A stretch of 64,000 bases of DNA from an uncultured Solirubrobacterales bacterium (GTDB lineage: Bacteria > Actinomycetota > Thermoleophilia > Solirubrobacterales > Solirubrobacteraceae). The position numbers and the translations under genes are program-made. The notes under the pieces are model-generated. The model had not been told where the DNA came from. It worked only from the letters and a program-made list of their open reading frames with translations, and ran no database searches. Position 1 is the first letter of the stretch, and each line of letters starts with the position of its first letter. Shown here one piece after another: positions 9,683-18,987 of this stretch. Location of the stretch: the NCBI GenBank assembly GCA_963796885.1, contig CAWCNP010000023.1, positions 101,031 through 165,030 on the forward strand, given 5' to 3'.

Positions 9683-10096
9683 CTAGGCGGGCACCGTCCA
9701 CGGGGCCAGCCCCGCGCGTGCCCATTCGGGGATCGGCGTCTTGGCCATCGACTCGCGGTCGACCATGACGTGGCGGATCTCCGCCTCGACCAGCGTCTCG
9801 CCGTCGCAGAGCAGCTGGTGCCGGCTGATGATGCTGGTCGTCCCCAGGTGGGTGATCGTGGCCGCGACGGTCACGGTGTCGTCGAATCGGGCCGGGCGAT
9901 GGAAGTGCAGGTGGGCTTCGGCCACCACGACGTCGACGCCCCGGTCGAGCATGACGGCATAGCCGCCGAAGGCCTCTCGCCACAGCTCAGTGATGACGAT
10001 GTCGACGAAGGCCAGATAGTGGGAGTTGAACACCACACCCTGGACATCGCACTCGGCGTAGCGAACCCGAAATGAGTGCGTGAACGGCTCAGCCAC
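9683..10096 (-). CDS. YbgC/FadM-family acyl-CoA thioesterase
   Basis: Hotdog 4HBT motif 'RVRYAECDVQGVVFNSHYL' and 'PARFDD'. Confidence 0.9.
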   Translation of the reverse strand: MAEPFTHSFRVRYAECDVQGVVFNSHYLAFVDIVITELWREAFGGYAVMLDRGVDVVVAEAHLHFHRPARFDDTVTVAATITHLGTTSIISRHQLLCDGETLVEAEIRHVMVDRESMAKTPIPEWARAGLAPWTVPA

Positions 10097-10442
10097 GGCC
10101 GCCCCGAAGGACGAACCCTCGCTGGGCCAGATCCTCGAGCGCGTCCTCGAAAGCCCCGAAGTCGCGGCTCGTCAGGGCATCGATCGGCCGGCCCCGCGGG
10201 CCGGGCGCCCGAACCCAACGCCTGAGCACGGCGGCGCCGGCGCGCTCGTCGGCCTCGTCGAGCAGCCCGAGCAGGACGGGAAGCTCGGCCCGGTGTTCGA
10301 GCTGGCCCGAGAGCAGCGTCAGCGCATCGACGCCGAGCAACGCGCAGAGCTCATCCTCGCTGAGGCCGAGCAGATCCATCAGCCTGGCGGCGCGGACGGA
10401 CTGAGCACGCGCTCCGAGCTGCGGATCCTCGCGCTCGCTCAT
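10089..10442 (-). CDS. Hypothetical protein, Xre/MbcA/ParS-antitoxin-like
   Basis: HTH-like 'LLGLSEDELCALLGVD' and 'RRWVRAPG..GRPIDAL', resembling the MbcA/ParS C-terminal pattern. Confidence 0.6.
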   Translation of the reverse strand: MSEREDPQLGARAQSVRAARLMDLLGLSEDELCALLGVDALTLLSGQLEHRAELPVLLGLLDEADERAGAAVLRRWVRAPGPRGRPIDALTSRDFGAFEDALEDLAQRGFVLRGGRG

Positions 10443-10454
10443 ATCCGCGGCCGC

Positions 10455-10474
10455 GCTCAGAACAGCTGGTTCTC
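10455..10474. repeat. att-like direct repeat, copy 1 (duplicated prs 3' end)
   Basis: GCTCAGAACAGCTGGTTCTC, identical to 13926-13945. Confidence 0.9.
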
Positions 10475-10659
10475 TTCCCGGCGTGACGGCTCGTGATGAC
10501 CCGTGATGGGAAGTTGCCGATTTGCGGGTGAAATGCCGATGGCGCCAGCGGCGCCGTGCCGTCCTGTTCTGGCTCGTACTATTGCGTTACTGAGCATTTC
10601 GTGAGCATCCTAGATCCATAGCCGCCGTGCAGCGGCGTTATCTTCCTGGCCCGAATGCC

Positions 10660-11235
10660 ATGCCTCTGCCGCAGAATCGATCCCCCGCAGATCTCGTAGG
10701 CGGATCCGAGCACCTTCTGTACGAAATTGAGATGTTGGGGCACACAGCCCGGCTCCTGTACGGAAAGCCGAAGGGCCAATCGGACTATTGGGTCGACAAG
10801 ACCGAATATTTCGCGCTCCTCGAGTCCCTCTTGACACACGCGCGTTCGCTCATGAACTTCTTCCACCCCGCCACGCGGCGCGGGCAGGACAACCTCCGGG
10901 CGAGGGACTACATCTCTGATTGGCGCCGGCCGCCGAAATGGGAAGGATTCGACCAGGACCGCAAGCGGATCGACACGGAGATCTCGCACCTGAGTTTCAA
11001 CCGGCCGGCCACGACCACCGGCTGGAACTACGGACGAGTGGTCGAGGGCCTCAACGAAATGCTTCTCAGATTCATCGACCGCGTTCCCGCAGATCGCGTC
11101 ACCGCGGATTTCGAGGCTCAGGCCCGTGCGGCGCTGGCAAACCCGTTTGCGGGATGGACCTCGGTTCCAACGCAGACGTCTCAAGCGATGACACGTCTCG
11201 TGGAACGCGGTCGACCCGCGGGCGCGGGTGAGTAG
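10660..11235 (+). CDS. Hypothetical protein, HEPN/AbiU2-like helical protein
   Basis: 'HLLYEIEML', 'LLESLLTHARSLMNFF', 'RKRIDTEISHLSFNR' resemble the HEPN-type E...R-x4-6-H layout. The start could be GTG 10627. Confidence 0.6.
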   Translation: MPLPQNRSPADLVGGSEHLLYEIEMLGHTARLLYGKPKGQSDYWVDKTEYFALLESLLTHARSLMNFFHPATRRGQDNLRARDYISDWRRPPKWEGFDQDRKRIDTEISHLSFNRPATTTGWNYGRVVEGLNEMLLRFIDRVPADRVTADFEAQARAALANPFAGWTSVPTQTSQAMTRLVERGRPAGAGE

Positions 11236-11326
11236 TCACATCAACGCGCGACCCCCGCATCCTCGGCAACCATCCGCTGGCGCTAACGGTCGCGCAGCAA
11301 CTCCTCGAGCGGCACCCAACCTTACC

Positions 11327-12233
11327 CACGCGCCGCGGATCCGGACGAGGATCTGCGGCCGGTCGCGCTCGGGCAACATGTCACCGACGTTGCGCTCCTT
11401 GTCCCGGTGGCAGCGGTGCACGAGCGCGTGCTCGCCGAACACGTCCTTGATCCCGCGCCGCAGTGCCTTGCCGCCGTCGATCACGAACAGGATCGCCTGG
11501 TCCGGGTCGAGGCCGCAGTCGACGAGGTCGGCGAGCAGCATCCCGACCAGCGTCGCGTTCTCAGTCGAGCCTTCCCAGAGCCCGAGCGGGATCTTCACAC
11601 CCTCGGTCGAGATCCCGAGGGCAACGACGTGCGTGCGATCGGCGATCTCCAGCCCGTCGAGCATCATCACCGCCAGGCGCACATCATCCAGCTGGCGGCT
11701 CATCAGCTCGCCCAGCGCGGTCCGGGTCCGCTCGATGAACAGCTCCGACACCGTGCTCTTCGAAGTCAAGCTGGCTTCCTGCTCGACGTCCTCGCCGACC
11801 GGCTCGCCCACCTGCGCGTACTTGCGGCTCGAGACGCCGGCGAGCATCCGATCCATCACCGCCCGCGTGAGCGGATCACGATCGGCGAAGTGCCCGTAGC
11901 TCTGAACTAATGGCTCGTGCTCATCGTCGACCGTGCGGATCCGCGGACGACTGACGGCACGCGCCGGCCGCCGAGCGTCATCGACCCGTTCTCGTGCCCG
12001 TGACGCTTCGCGGTCCGGTCCCGATCGTGCTTGCCCTTCGGGCCCACGACCTCATCGACCTCTCGTTCCATCAGCTGATGCACGACGCTGAGACCGAGAC
12101 CCACGCTCAGTGCGAGCAGTCCCTCCCTCGCTGCCCCGACGAGCTCACCGAGCGCCTCCTGAATCTCCGCAGGCAGCGGACTCTCCAGCGCCTCCGCGGT
12201 CGTGACGACCTTCGAGCCGGATACCTTCTTCAT
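11327..12233 (-). pseudogene. IS256-family transposase, frameshifted and 3'-truncated
   Basis: 'EREVDEVVGPKGKH...RHGHENG', 'GVSSRKY', 'MLDG', 'ALGISTEGVKIPLGLWEGSTEN', 'FVIDGGKAL', 'VHRCHRDK'. There is a 1-nt loss near 11955 and similarity ends after 'RIRGAW' (~11327). Confidence 0.9.
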
Positions 12234-12309
12234 GGCGGTCCTCCTGTCCCTGACGGACTTGGTTTGGCGACCACGGACGCTCCCAACAGGAGCGGACGGG
12301 CCGGGAGGA

Positions 12310-12344
12310 CCGCCTCAAACTTCTACGAACTTCCGGACAACCTC
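12310..12344 (-). repeat. Probable left terminal inverted repeat of the IS256 element
   Basis: The minus strand begins GAGGTTGTCCGGAAGTTCGTAGAAGTT ~110 bp upstream of the transposase and abuts an unrelated truncated gene tail. No partner end was found. Confidence 0.55.
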
Positions 12345-12422
12345 CACTTCGAGGTCATCGCCATCAGCCGCGATGGCCTCAAGACCACCAAGACCATCAC
12401 CTGCACCGTCAGGCGCGGATAA
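12345..12422 (+). pseudogene. C-terminal remnant of an Ig-like secreted protein, cut by the IS
   Basis: Directly after the IS end: HFEVIAISRDGLKTTKTITCTVRRG*, with strong GC3 codon bias. Confidence 0.5.
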
Positions 12423-12700
12423 GGCACCCGCTTGCGCGACCGACGCCCAGGGTGCTGCCCTAAGTGAGCAGCACCCGGCGCCAGTCCTCACGAACAGCTA
12501 ATCCTCTCCCAGATCGCGACCCTCGCTTGGTTAATGCTCCCGCTGGCGGCGACAGACAGCGGCCTTCCGATCGGCTGCACACTGTCGAAAAGGGCCAAAT
12601 GCAGCGGCGGGGCAGCGGGACCGACGGCGGCCAGGTTGACTGTCTGGTCTGGTATCAGCGAGGATCGGCCGGACAGCAAACCGTTTGGAGGAGTCACGCA

Positions 12701-13003
12701 ATGGCTGACGCTCTGATTCTCGAGTTCGAAGGTGTAGGCCGCACTGAGTACGAGGCCGTCAACGATCTTCTAGGGATCGATATGGGCAGCGGCGAGGGTA
12801 ACTGGCCGCCTGGGCTAGTGGCACACACCGCGGGGGCGACGGAGAACGGCTGGGCGGTTCTTGAGGTCTGGGAGTCTCGAGAGGCCCAGGAACGATTCAT
12901 GAATGAGCGGCTTGGTCAGGCGCTGCAAGAAGGTGGGATCAGCGGTCCGCCCAGTCGGGCCGAGTGGCTCGATCTTGCGGCTCATCACGCCCCTGGCGGC
13001 TGA
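12701..13003 (+). CDS. Small ABM/dimeric alpha-beta barrel-like protein
   Basis: GGAGG SD before ATG 12701; 'PPGLVAHTAGATENGWAVLEVWESREAQERF'. Confidence 0.8.
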   Translation: MADALILEFEGVGRTEYEAVNDLLGIDMGSGEGNWPPGLVAHTAGATENGWAVLEVWESREAQERFMNERLGQALQEGGISGPPSRAEWLDLAAHHAPGG

Positions 13004-13925
13004 TTGGCACACCGGGGCTTCCGGCAATTTCCGCCGGATCGCGCCGACGCCTGTTGCAGAGTGGAGCGCGGCCAGCTGTCCCTTGGCTAAGAGCGGAAGC
13101 GGGCCGCCCTCAGCTGCCGTAGAGCGTTCGCCACATCGCTCACGCACCTCGGGATGCTCATACAAGTACGCGTGGTCGAGCAACTCGAACTGCGGCGGGG
13201 CCGGATGCCAATCGGGCGGGCACGGCGGCGCCACCCGCCGGCCGCGACCCAGCCGTTCCAGCGTGCGGATCGCGCTCGCCTTCGCCATGGCCGCCCGCCG
13301 CGAGCGTCTCGGGGGCGACAGTCCCATCGTCGCCGTTCTGGCGTCCGTTCGTATCGGGGGTCATTTCTCATGCCGTTTCCTTTGCGCCGAGGCATCCGGC
13401 GGTCACACGGCTCGCGTGCTCCGGTTGCGGACCCTCCCTTGCCCAGCGTTGCTGGACGACCCGAACAGAGGCCGCTGTGAGGCTCTGCGCGCCACGTCGC
13501 GCGCAACTTCCGTGCCGCCGGACCGTTGTTAGAGCATTGGGGCGACACCAGGGCCCGGGGGCGTTTGTGGTTTTGGTGTCGCCCCGACCTTTGCGAGAAA
13601 CGAAGCCCTCACGATGCCGCGATCCGGAGCGACGGCGTGCGTCCGTCGCAAATAATGAGAAGGGAGGGCGGGCAGCTCGGGTATAGGGGGCAGGAGCCAC
13701 CCGCCCGGAGCTCGTCCGTGAGCCCTACCACAGCAACGGCTCGGCCAAGAGGAAAGTCGCGCGCCCGAACAGGCGCGCGTCGGACCTGTCGGTGGTCGAC
13801 GTGACTGACGTCCATCAGTTCCGCCGGCTCTCGGCGTCGTTCAACACGCCAAGGTCTTGATCTCGACGGACTCGCTGGCGACTTCGATATTGCCGGTCGG
13901 CCTTCGCGTACGTTTACGGCGTGGT

Positions 13926-13945
13926 GCTCAGAACAGCTGGTTCTC
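13926..13945. repeat. att-like direct repeat, copy 2 (current prs 3' end)
   Basis: GCTCAGAACAGCTGGTTCTC; encodes ENQLF* on the minus strand. Confidence 0.9.
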
Positions 13946-14947
13946 GCCGCCGAACACGTCGCTCACGGAGCCGTCGGTGAAGATCTGGCGGATCGAGTTG
14001 GTGAGCAGGTCCGCGCAGGACAGGACCCGGACGTTGTTAGGCGCCCCGGGGGGCAGCGGGATCGTGTCGGTCACCACGACCTGATCGAATCCGGCGGCGG
14101 CGAGGTTCTCCCACGCGTTGCCGCAGAAGTTGCCGTGGGTCGCGGCTGCGTACACGCGCCGCGCCCCGGCGTCGATAACCGCCTGGGCCGCCGCCTTGAG
14201 CGTGCCTGCGGTCCCGATGATGTCGTCGACGATGACGGCGGTCTTGCCGGCCACGTCGCCGATGACGTAGTTGATCTCGGCCACCTGCTGGGCCGGGCGC
14301 TCCTTGTTGAGGATCGCCAGGTCAGCCCCGACCTCAGAGGCGAAGCGCTTGTTCAGCTTCACCCGGCCGGCGTCGGGCGCGACGACGACCAGATCCTCGA
14401 GCCCGAGGTCGGCGAAGTACTGGGTGAGCATGAACAGGGCGGTCATGTGATCGCATGGCTTCTGGAAGAAGCCCTGGATCTGACCCTGGTGGAGGTCCAT
14501 CGTGAGGATGCGGTCGATCCCCGCGGTCTCGAGCATCCTGGCCACCAGGCGCGCCGTGATCGGCTCGCGGGGCGCGGACTTCTTGTCCTGCCGCGAGTAC
14601 CCGTACCAGGGGGTGACGGCGATCACCCGGTGCGCTGAGCCGCCGACGGCGGCGTCGATCATGGCCAGCAGCTCCATCACCGCGTCGTTGGTTCCCAGGC
14701 TGGTGGCCACGTTGAGGCAAGTGGGCTGGACGATGAACACATCGGCCCCGCGCACGGACTCCTCGTAGCGGCAGTAGATCTCGCCGTTGGCGAATGTCCT
14801 GAGCGTGACTCCGCCGAGCTGAACCCCCAGTTTGTCGGCGATTCTGGCCGCCAGCTCGGGGTTGGCGCGGCCGCTGACCAGCATCAGGCGCTTGTCGTAA
14901 TCGAGACGCAGCTCGTTGGGCGCCGGACTCGTCTGCAGCACGCTCAT
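13928..14947 (-). CDS. prs: Ribose-phosphate pyrophosphokinase
   Basis: 'FANGE', 'PWYGYSRQDKK', 'DLHQGQIQGFF', 'VAPDAG', 'VDDIIGTAGT'. Confidence 0.97.
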   Translation of the reverse strand: MSVLQTSPAPNELRLDYDKRLMLVSGRANPELAARIADKLGVQLGGVTLRTFANGEIYCRYEESVRGADVFIVQPTCLNVATSLGTNDAVMELLAMIDAAVGGSAHRVIAVTPWYGYSRQDKKSAPREPITARLVARMLETAGIDRILTMDLHQGQIQGFFQKPCDHMTALFMLTQYFADLGLEDLVVVAPDAGRVKLNKRFASEVGADLAILNKERPAQQVAEINYVIGDVAGKTAVIVDDIIGTAGTLKAAAQAVIDAGARRVYAAATHGNFCGNAWENLAAAGFDQVVVTDTIPLPPGAPNNVRVLSCADLLTNSIRQIFTDGSVSDVFGGENQLF

Positions 14948-14995
14948 TGTCGCTGCGAGTGTACGCCCGACTCCCGACGGGACCGGGTCCGATTG

Positions 14996-16402
14996 CTAGC
15001 GCTCGCGACCATCGTCACGGCGCTCGGTTGCCCGCTGCCTCCGCCTCTCCATGTACCCCTCGATGTTGCGCTGTCGGGCGCGCGCGATCCCCAGCGCTCC
15101 GGACGGAAGGTCGTCGGTGATGACCGATCCAGCCCCGGTGTAGGCCTCATCGCCGACGCTGACCGGGGCCACGAGCATCGTGTCCACGCCCACGAAGGCT
15201 CCCGAGCCGATCGTCGTGCGGTGCTTGGCCGTGCCGTCGTAGTTCGCCGTGATCGTCCCGGCGCCGATATTGGCCCGCTCGCCGACGTCGGCATCGCCGA
15301 TATACGACAGGTGGGGCACCTTCGTTCCAGCCCCTATGTCCGAGTTCTTGATCTCCACGAACGTCCCTGCCTTGGCGCCTTCGCGCAGCACGGTCCCGGG
15401 GCGTAGGTAGGCGAATGGCCCGACGCTGACCCGGTCCCCGATATCGGCGCTCGTGACATAGGAGTGGAGCACCTTCGCCTCGTCACCGATCCTCGTGTCG
15501 AACACGGTGCTGAGTGGCCCGACGGTGGAACCCTCGCCGACCGCGGTCCCCCCGTGCAGGCTGGTGAAGGGGGCGATGACGCTGTCGGCGCCGATCCGCA
15601 CATCGACGTCGATCACCGTCGCGCCTGGATTGACGATCGTCACCCCCGCAAGCATGTGGCGCTCGTGGATCTGTTGTTGGGCGACGGCCTGCACCTGGGC
15701 CAGGGCCAGGCGGTCGTTGATCCCCAGCGTCTGCAGGGGATCGTCGAGCTCGAAGGCCAGGATGGTGCGCTCGTGTGCGCGCAGGATCGGGAGCACGTCG
15801 GGCAGGTAACGCTCGGCCTGGGCGTTGTCGACACCCACCTGCTCGAGCGCCTGCAGAAGCGCCGCGCCATCGAAGGCGAAGATGCCGGTGTTGACCTCGC
15901 GAATGTGAAGCTCGGCGGCGGTGGCGTCCCCAGTGGCCTTGGTCTCGACCACCCTCTCGACCGTGCCATCGGGAGCCCGCACCACGCGGCCGTAGTCGGT
16001 CGGGTCGTCCAGCACCGCGGTGACCATCGTCGCCGCCGCCCCCGACTGCGTGTGCGCCTCGGCCAGCGCGCGCAGCGTGGCCGGCTTGATCAATGGCACG
16101 TCGCCGTTGAGCACGATCACGGTGGCGGCGGGGTCGATGAGGGGCGCTGCCGCCCATACGGCGTCGGCCGTCCCGCGTGGCTCGGGCTGGACGGCCAGAA
16201 CGGCGTTGCCGGCCAGGAGCGGCTCGAGCCGGCGGTCCGGGTTGTCGACCACGACCACCTGCTCCGCGCCCGCATCGCGGGCCGCAGCCAGCGGCCAGTC
16301 GAGCATCGGCCGGCCACACAGGGGGTGCAGCAGCTTCGGAACCGCGGAGCGCATGCGCGTGCCCTGGCCGGCGGCCAGGATGACGACGACGGACCCAGTC
16401 AC
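14996..16402 (-). CDS. glmU: Bifunctional UDP-GlcNAc pyrophosphorylase/GlcN-1-P acetyltransferase
   Basis: 'LAAGQGTRMRS..PK', hexapeptide repeats, 'HLSYIGDA', 'NYDG'. Confidence 0.97.
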   Translation of the reverse strand: MTGSVVVILAAGQGTRMRSAVPKLLHPLCGRPMLDWPLAAARDAGAEQVVVVDNPDRRLEPLLAGNAVLAVQPEPRGTADAVWAAAPLIDPAATVIVLNGDVPLIKPATLRALAEAHTQSGAAATMVTAVLDDPTDYGRVVRAPDGTVERVVETKATGDATAAELHIREVNTGIFAFDGAALLQALEQVGVDNAQAERYLPDVLPILRAHERTILAFELDDPLQTLGINDRLALAQVQAVAQQQIHERHMLAGVTIVNPGATVIDVDVRIGADSVIAPFTSLHGGTAVGEGSTVGPLSTVFDTRIGDEAKVLHSYVTSADIGDRVSVGPFAYLRPGTVLREGAKAGTFVEIKNSDIGAGTKVPHLSYIGDADVGERANIGAGTITANYDGTAKHRTTIGSGAFVGVDTMLVAPVSVGDEAYTGAGSVITDDLPSGALGIARARQRNIEGYMERRRQRATERRDDGRER

Positions 16403-16488
16403 GACGCCCGCGACTCTAGATGATCATCTCGATGACGACCCACCACCCGCTGCTAAATTCGCCTCGCCCGGCCGGCGGTCTCTAGCTC

Positions 16489-16561
16489 TGGGGGGTCGTC
16501 CAACTGGCCAGGACACCGGGTTTTGGTCCCGGGAATCGGGGTTCGAGTCCTCGCCCCCCAG
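16489..16561 (+). tRNA. tRNA-Gln (anticodon TTG), CCA not encoded
   Basis: Acceptor stem TGGGGGG/CCCCCCA, anticodon arm CCGGG-TTTTGGT-CCCGG, T-loop GTTCGAGTC. Confidence 0.95.
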
Positions 16562-16595
16562 CTCGGCACCCCGGCGCCAAGGCCGGCGGGCGCCC

Positions 16596-18155
16596 TCAGC
16601 ACGCGGTCGGATCGCTCACGCCCGACACCGGCGTCGTGCACAGCGTCTCCCGATCGACCTCCCAGCCGCCCGTCGAGATGTCGAACAGGTAGGGGGGCAG
16701 GAGGTAGGCCAGGCGGTCGTCATAGGTGTAGCGCTTCACGTACCCGGTGTAGATGTTCCCGCTCCCGTCGGAGGTCCCCACCGCGCCGCGGAAGTTCTGT
16801 ACCAGCGCGCCGTTGATGGTCAGGTTGCCCAGCGGCGCGCCGCAGTTGAAGTGATCGACGATGAACGAGTGCTTGAGCGAGAGGATGGCCGCGTCGATGT
16901 GCAGGTTCGAGAACGACTGGGTCGTCGAGTTGTCCTGGCCGCACGGCCCGGGCGCGTTGCTGTCCGTCGTCCCGAGCCCATGCATCACACGAACGTCCTG
17001 ATTGGCCACCAAACCGAGCACGGCACTGCCCGTGGGTATCCCCGACGACTCGGTGGTGGTGAGGTTGCCGTTGATGATGATGTTGTTGGCCGCGGCGATC
17101 GTCAACGACGTCGTGTAGTTGCCCGAGACGTAGACATCCCCGGCGCAGCCCGAGCTCGAGTACGTGGCGGTGAACGGGTCGTAGGCCCCGGGCGAGCAGC
17201 TGGCGGCGTTGCTCACGTAGATGATCGGGTACTGGCTGATGTTGACGTTGGTGGGCGCCCCGCACGAGCTGGGACAGTTGGTCACGGTCGCGTTCGTCCC
17301 GTTGAGAACGATCGTCGTCGTCCCGCTGAACACCTGGCCGTTGTTCTGCGCATCGGTGAGCAACTGCGAGTTGTCCGAGGGCAGGGGTACCAGGCGCGCA
17401 CTCCACACCCGGGTGCCCTTGAACACGGCGCTCCCGCAGTTGTTTCCCGAGCACACCGCGTTGGCGTTGGTCCCCGGAGCCAGGCTCTCGATCTTGTCGT
17501 CCGGGCCTCGTCCGAAGGTTGGAGACCCGAGGATCAGGTATTGGTCCTGGGTGTAGGTGGGTCCGTTCATCGTGTCGCCACTGACCCAGTTGATGTTGCA
17601 GCTGCTGTTGCGGCCCTGCCGATAGAAGACGCCGCAGCCGGTGTACCCGTTGATCGAGCTGTCGAGCGCCTCGTAGACCGTGTACCAGAGGAAATCCAGC
17701 GGGGTCAGCTTCCGGAAGCTCGCCACCACAGTCCGCTGCACCTGCGGGTTGCCCGAGTACCCGGTGAACTCCATCCGCAGGCTGCCGGAGGAAGTGTCGA
17801 TCAACGACGCGATGGTGTTACTCGCGCAGCTGGTGAAGCCATTGGCGGGGATCGCCACGTAGGAGTAGTACTCGGCCGGCGAGGTGCCGGGGACCTGCGT
17901 CTGCGAGACGGTGTCGTTGGAACAACTCGTCCAGTAGTTGGGGTTCTGGTTGAGCTGGTAGAGAAACGCGTTGACGCCGGCCTCGGCTGCGCTGTAGGCG
18001 CGCTTGCTGTCGAGATCGTGCTGGCTGGTATGAACATCGCCGCCCACGGCGATGAACAGAGCCCCGAGCAGCAAGGTCGTGACGGCCAGGACGCCGAGCG
18101 CGATGATCATCGTGAAGCCGCCCTCGGCGGCGAGACGTCTGCGGAGCGAGGTCAT
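16596..18155 (-). CDS. PilX-like type IV minor pilin with large Cys-containing C-terminal domain
   Basis: Prepilin site 'AEGG|FTMIIAL' lacking Glu+5; 'AYSAAEAG' PilX motif; 'YVKRYTYDDRL...PP'; ATGA overlap with the upstream gene. Confidence 0.85.
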   Translation of the reverse strand: MTSLRRRLAAEGGFTMIIALGVLAVTTLLLGALFIAVGGDVHTSQHDLDSKRAYSAAEAGVNAFLYQLNQNPNYWTSCSNDTVSQTQVPGTSPAEYYSYVAIPANGFTSCASNTIASLIDTSSGSLRMEFTGYSGNPQVQRTVVASFRKLTPLDFLWYTVYEALDSSINGYTGCGVFYRQGRNSSCNINWVSGDTMNGPTYTQDQYLILGSPTFGRGPDDKIESLAPGTNANAVCSGNNCGSAVFKGTRVWSARLVPLPSDNSQLLTDAQNNGQVFSGTTTIVLNGTNATVTNCPSSCGAPTNVNISQYPIIYVSNAASCSPGAYDPFTATYSSSGCAGDVYVSGNYTTSLTIAAANNIIINGNLTTTESSGIPTGSAVLGLVANQDVRVMHGLGTTDSNAPGPCGQDNSTTQSFSNLHIDAAILSLKHSFIVDHFNCGAPLGNLTINGALVQNFRGAVGTSDGSGNIYTGYVKRYTYDDRLAYLLPPYLFDISTGGWEVDRETLCTTPVSGVSDPTAC

Positions 18156-18982
18156 TGACATGGCAGGAAAACGTTGCCGTCGCCGGCGTGGTTGGCGGCC
18201 GGGGTGAGACGCAGGACGACGCCGTCGGACACCGTGTCTCGGGTGTCGGCCTGGTTGGTGTTTTCACCCGTGCCACCGGACGGCCCAACCGACACGGTGA
18301 CCATCACCTCGGATGTGTTCTGCGAGTCGCTGACCGACAGCGACGGCGACGCGTTGAGCGGCTGGGCGGGCGGGATGACGCCGGTCCCCGGGATGTCGCC
18401 GGTTCCGTCGAGCAGCATCATGTACGGGTCTCCGGCCGAATCGGTGTACGGCTGGCCCGAGGAGTTCAGCGGTTCCTGATAGGCGAAGTACTGGAACATC
18501 GGTGTGGTGCCGCTCTGCTCGACGTTGGTCAGCAGCGTGCGGGTGCTGCTCGGCGTGCTCGAGAACGTGTACACCGGCAGCCCCGAGGACGAGGTGGTCA
18601 CTCCCGTCTCGGCAAATGTGCTCTCGGTCAGGGTCTGGGCGGTCGAGCTGAACGCGATCTGGTGCTCGACGGGGGTGAGCGTCGCGGCGGTGCCGAATTG
18701 GCTCACGAACAGCAGGCTCGACGGCGTGCTCCCGCCCTGAATCGGTGTCACGTTGTCGGTCAGGCAGGCCGAGTGCAGCTCGTTCTCGAGGTTCTCCAGC
18801 GCCTCGCGCACGTGCTGAGTGGCGTCGACCTGAGAGAACTCGCGGCTGGTCTGCCGCAGGACCACGTCCTGGATGGTGAACACGGCGAAGACGACGACCA
18901 CGGCGGCGGCCATCGCCACCAACAGCTCGATGAGCGAGAACCCTCCCTCGGCGGCGAGCAGCTCCGATGCCGGTGGTGACAC
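18152..18982 (-). CDS. PilW-like prepilin-type N-terminal methylation protein
   Basis: 'AEGG|FSLIELLVAM'. The start is GTG 18982 or 18997. Confidence 0.85.
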   Translation of the reverse strand: MSPPASELLAAEGGFSLIELLVAMAAAVVVVFAVFTIQDVVLRQTSREFSQVDATQHVREALENLENELHSACLTDNVTPIQGGSTPSSLLFVSQFGTAATLTPVEHQIAFSSTAQTLTESTFAETGVTTSSSGLPVYTFSSTPSSTRTLLTNVEQSGTTPMFQYFAYQEPLNSSGQPYTDSAGDPYMMLLDGTGDIPGTGVIPPAQPLNASPSLSVSDSQNTSEVMVTVSVGPSGGTGENTNQADTRDTVSDGVVLRLTPAANHAGDGNVFLPCQ

Positions 18983-18987
18983 GCTGC

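Larger units (their letters stand above)
10455..13945. mobile_element. Decayed genomic islet integrated at the 3' end of prs
   Basis: Flanked by an exact 20-bp direct repeat containing the prs stop codon. The interior has poor coding density, an IS256 relic and gene fragments; no integrase was seen. Confidence 0.8.
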
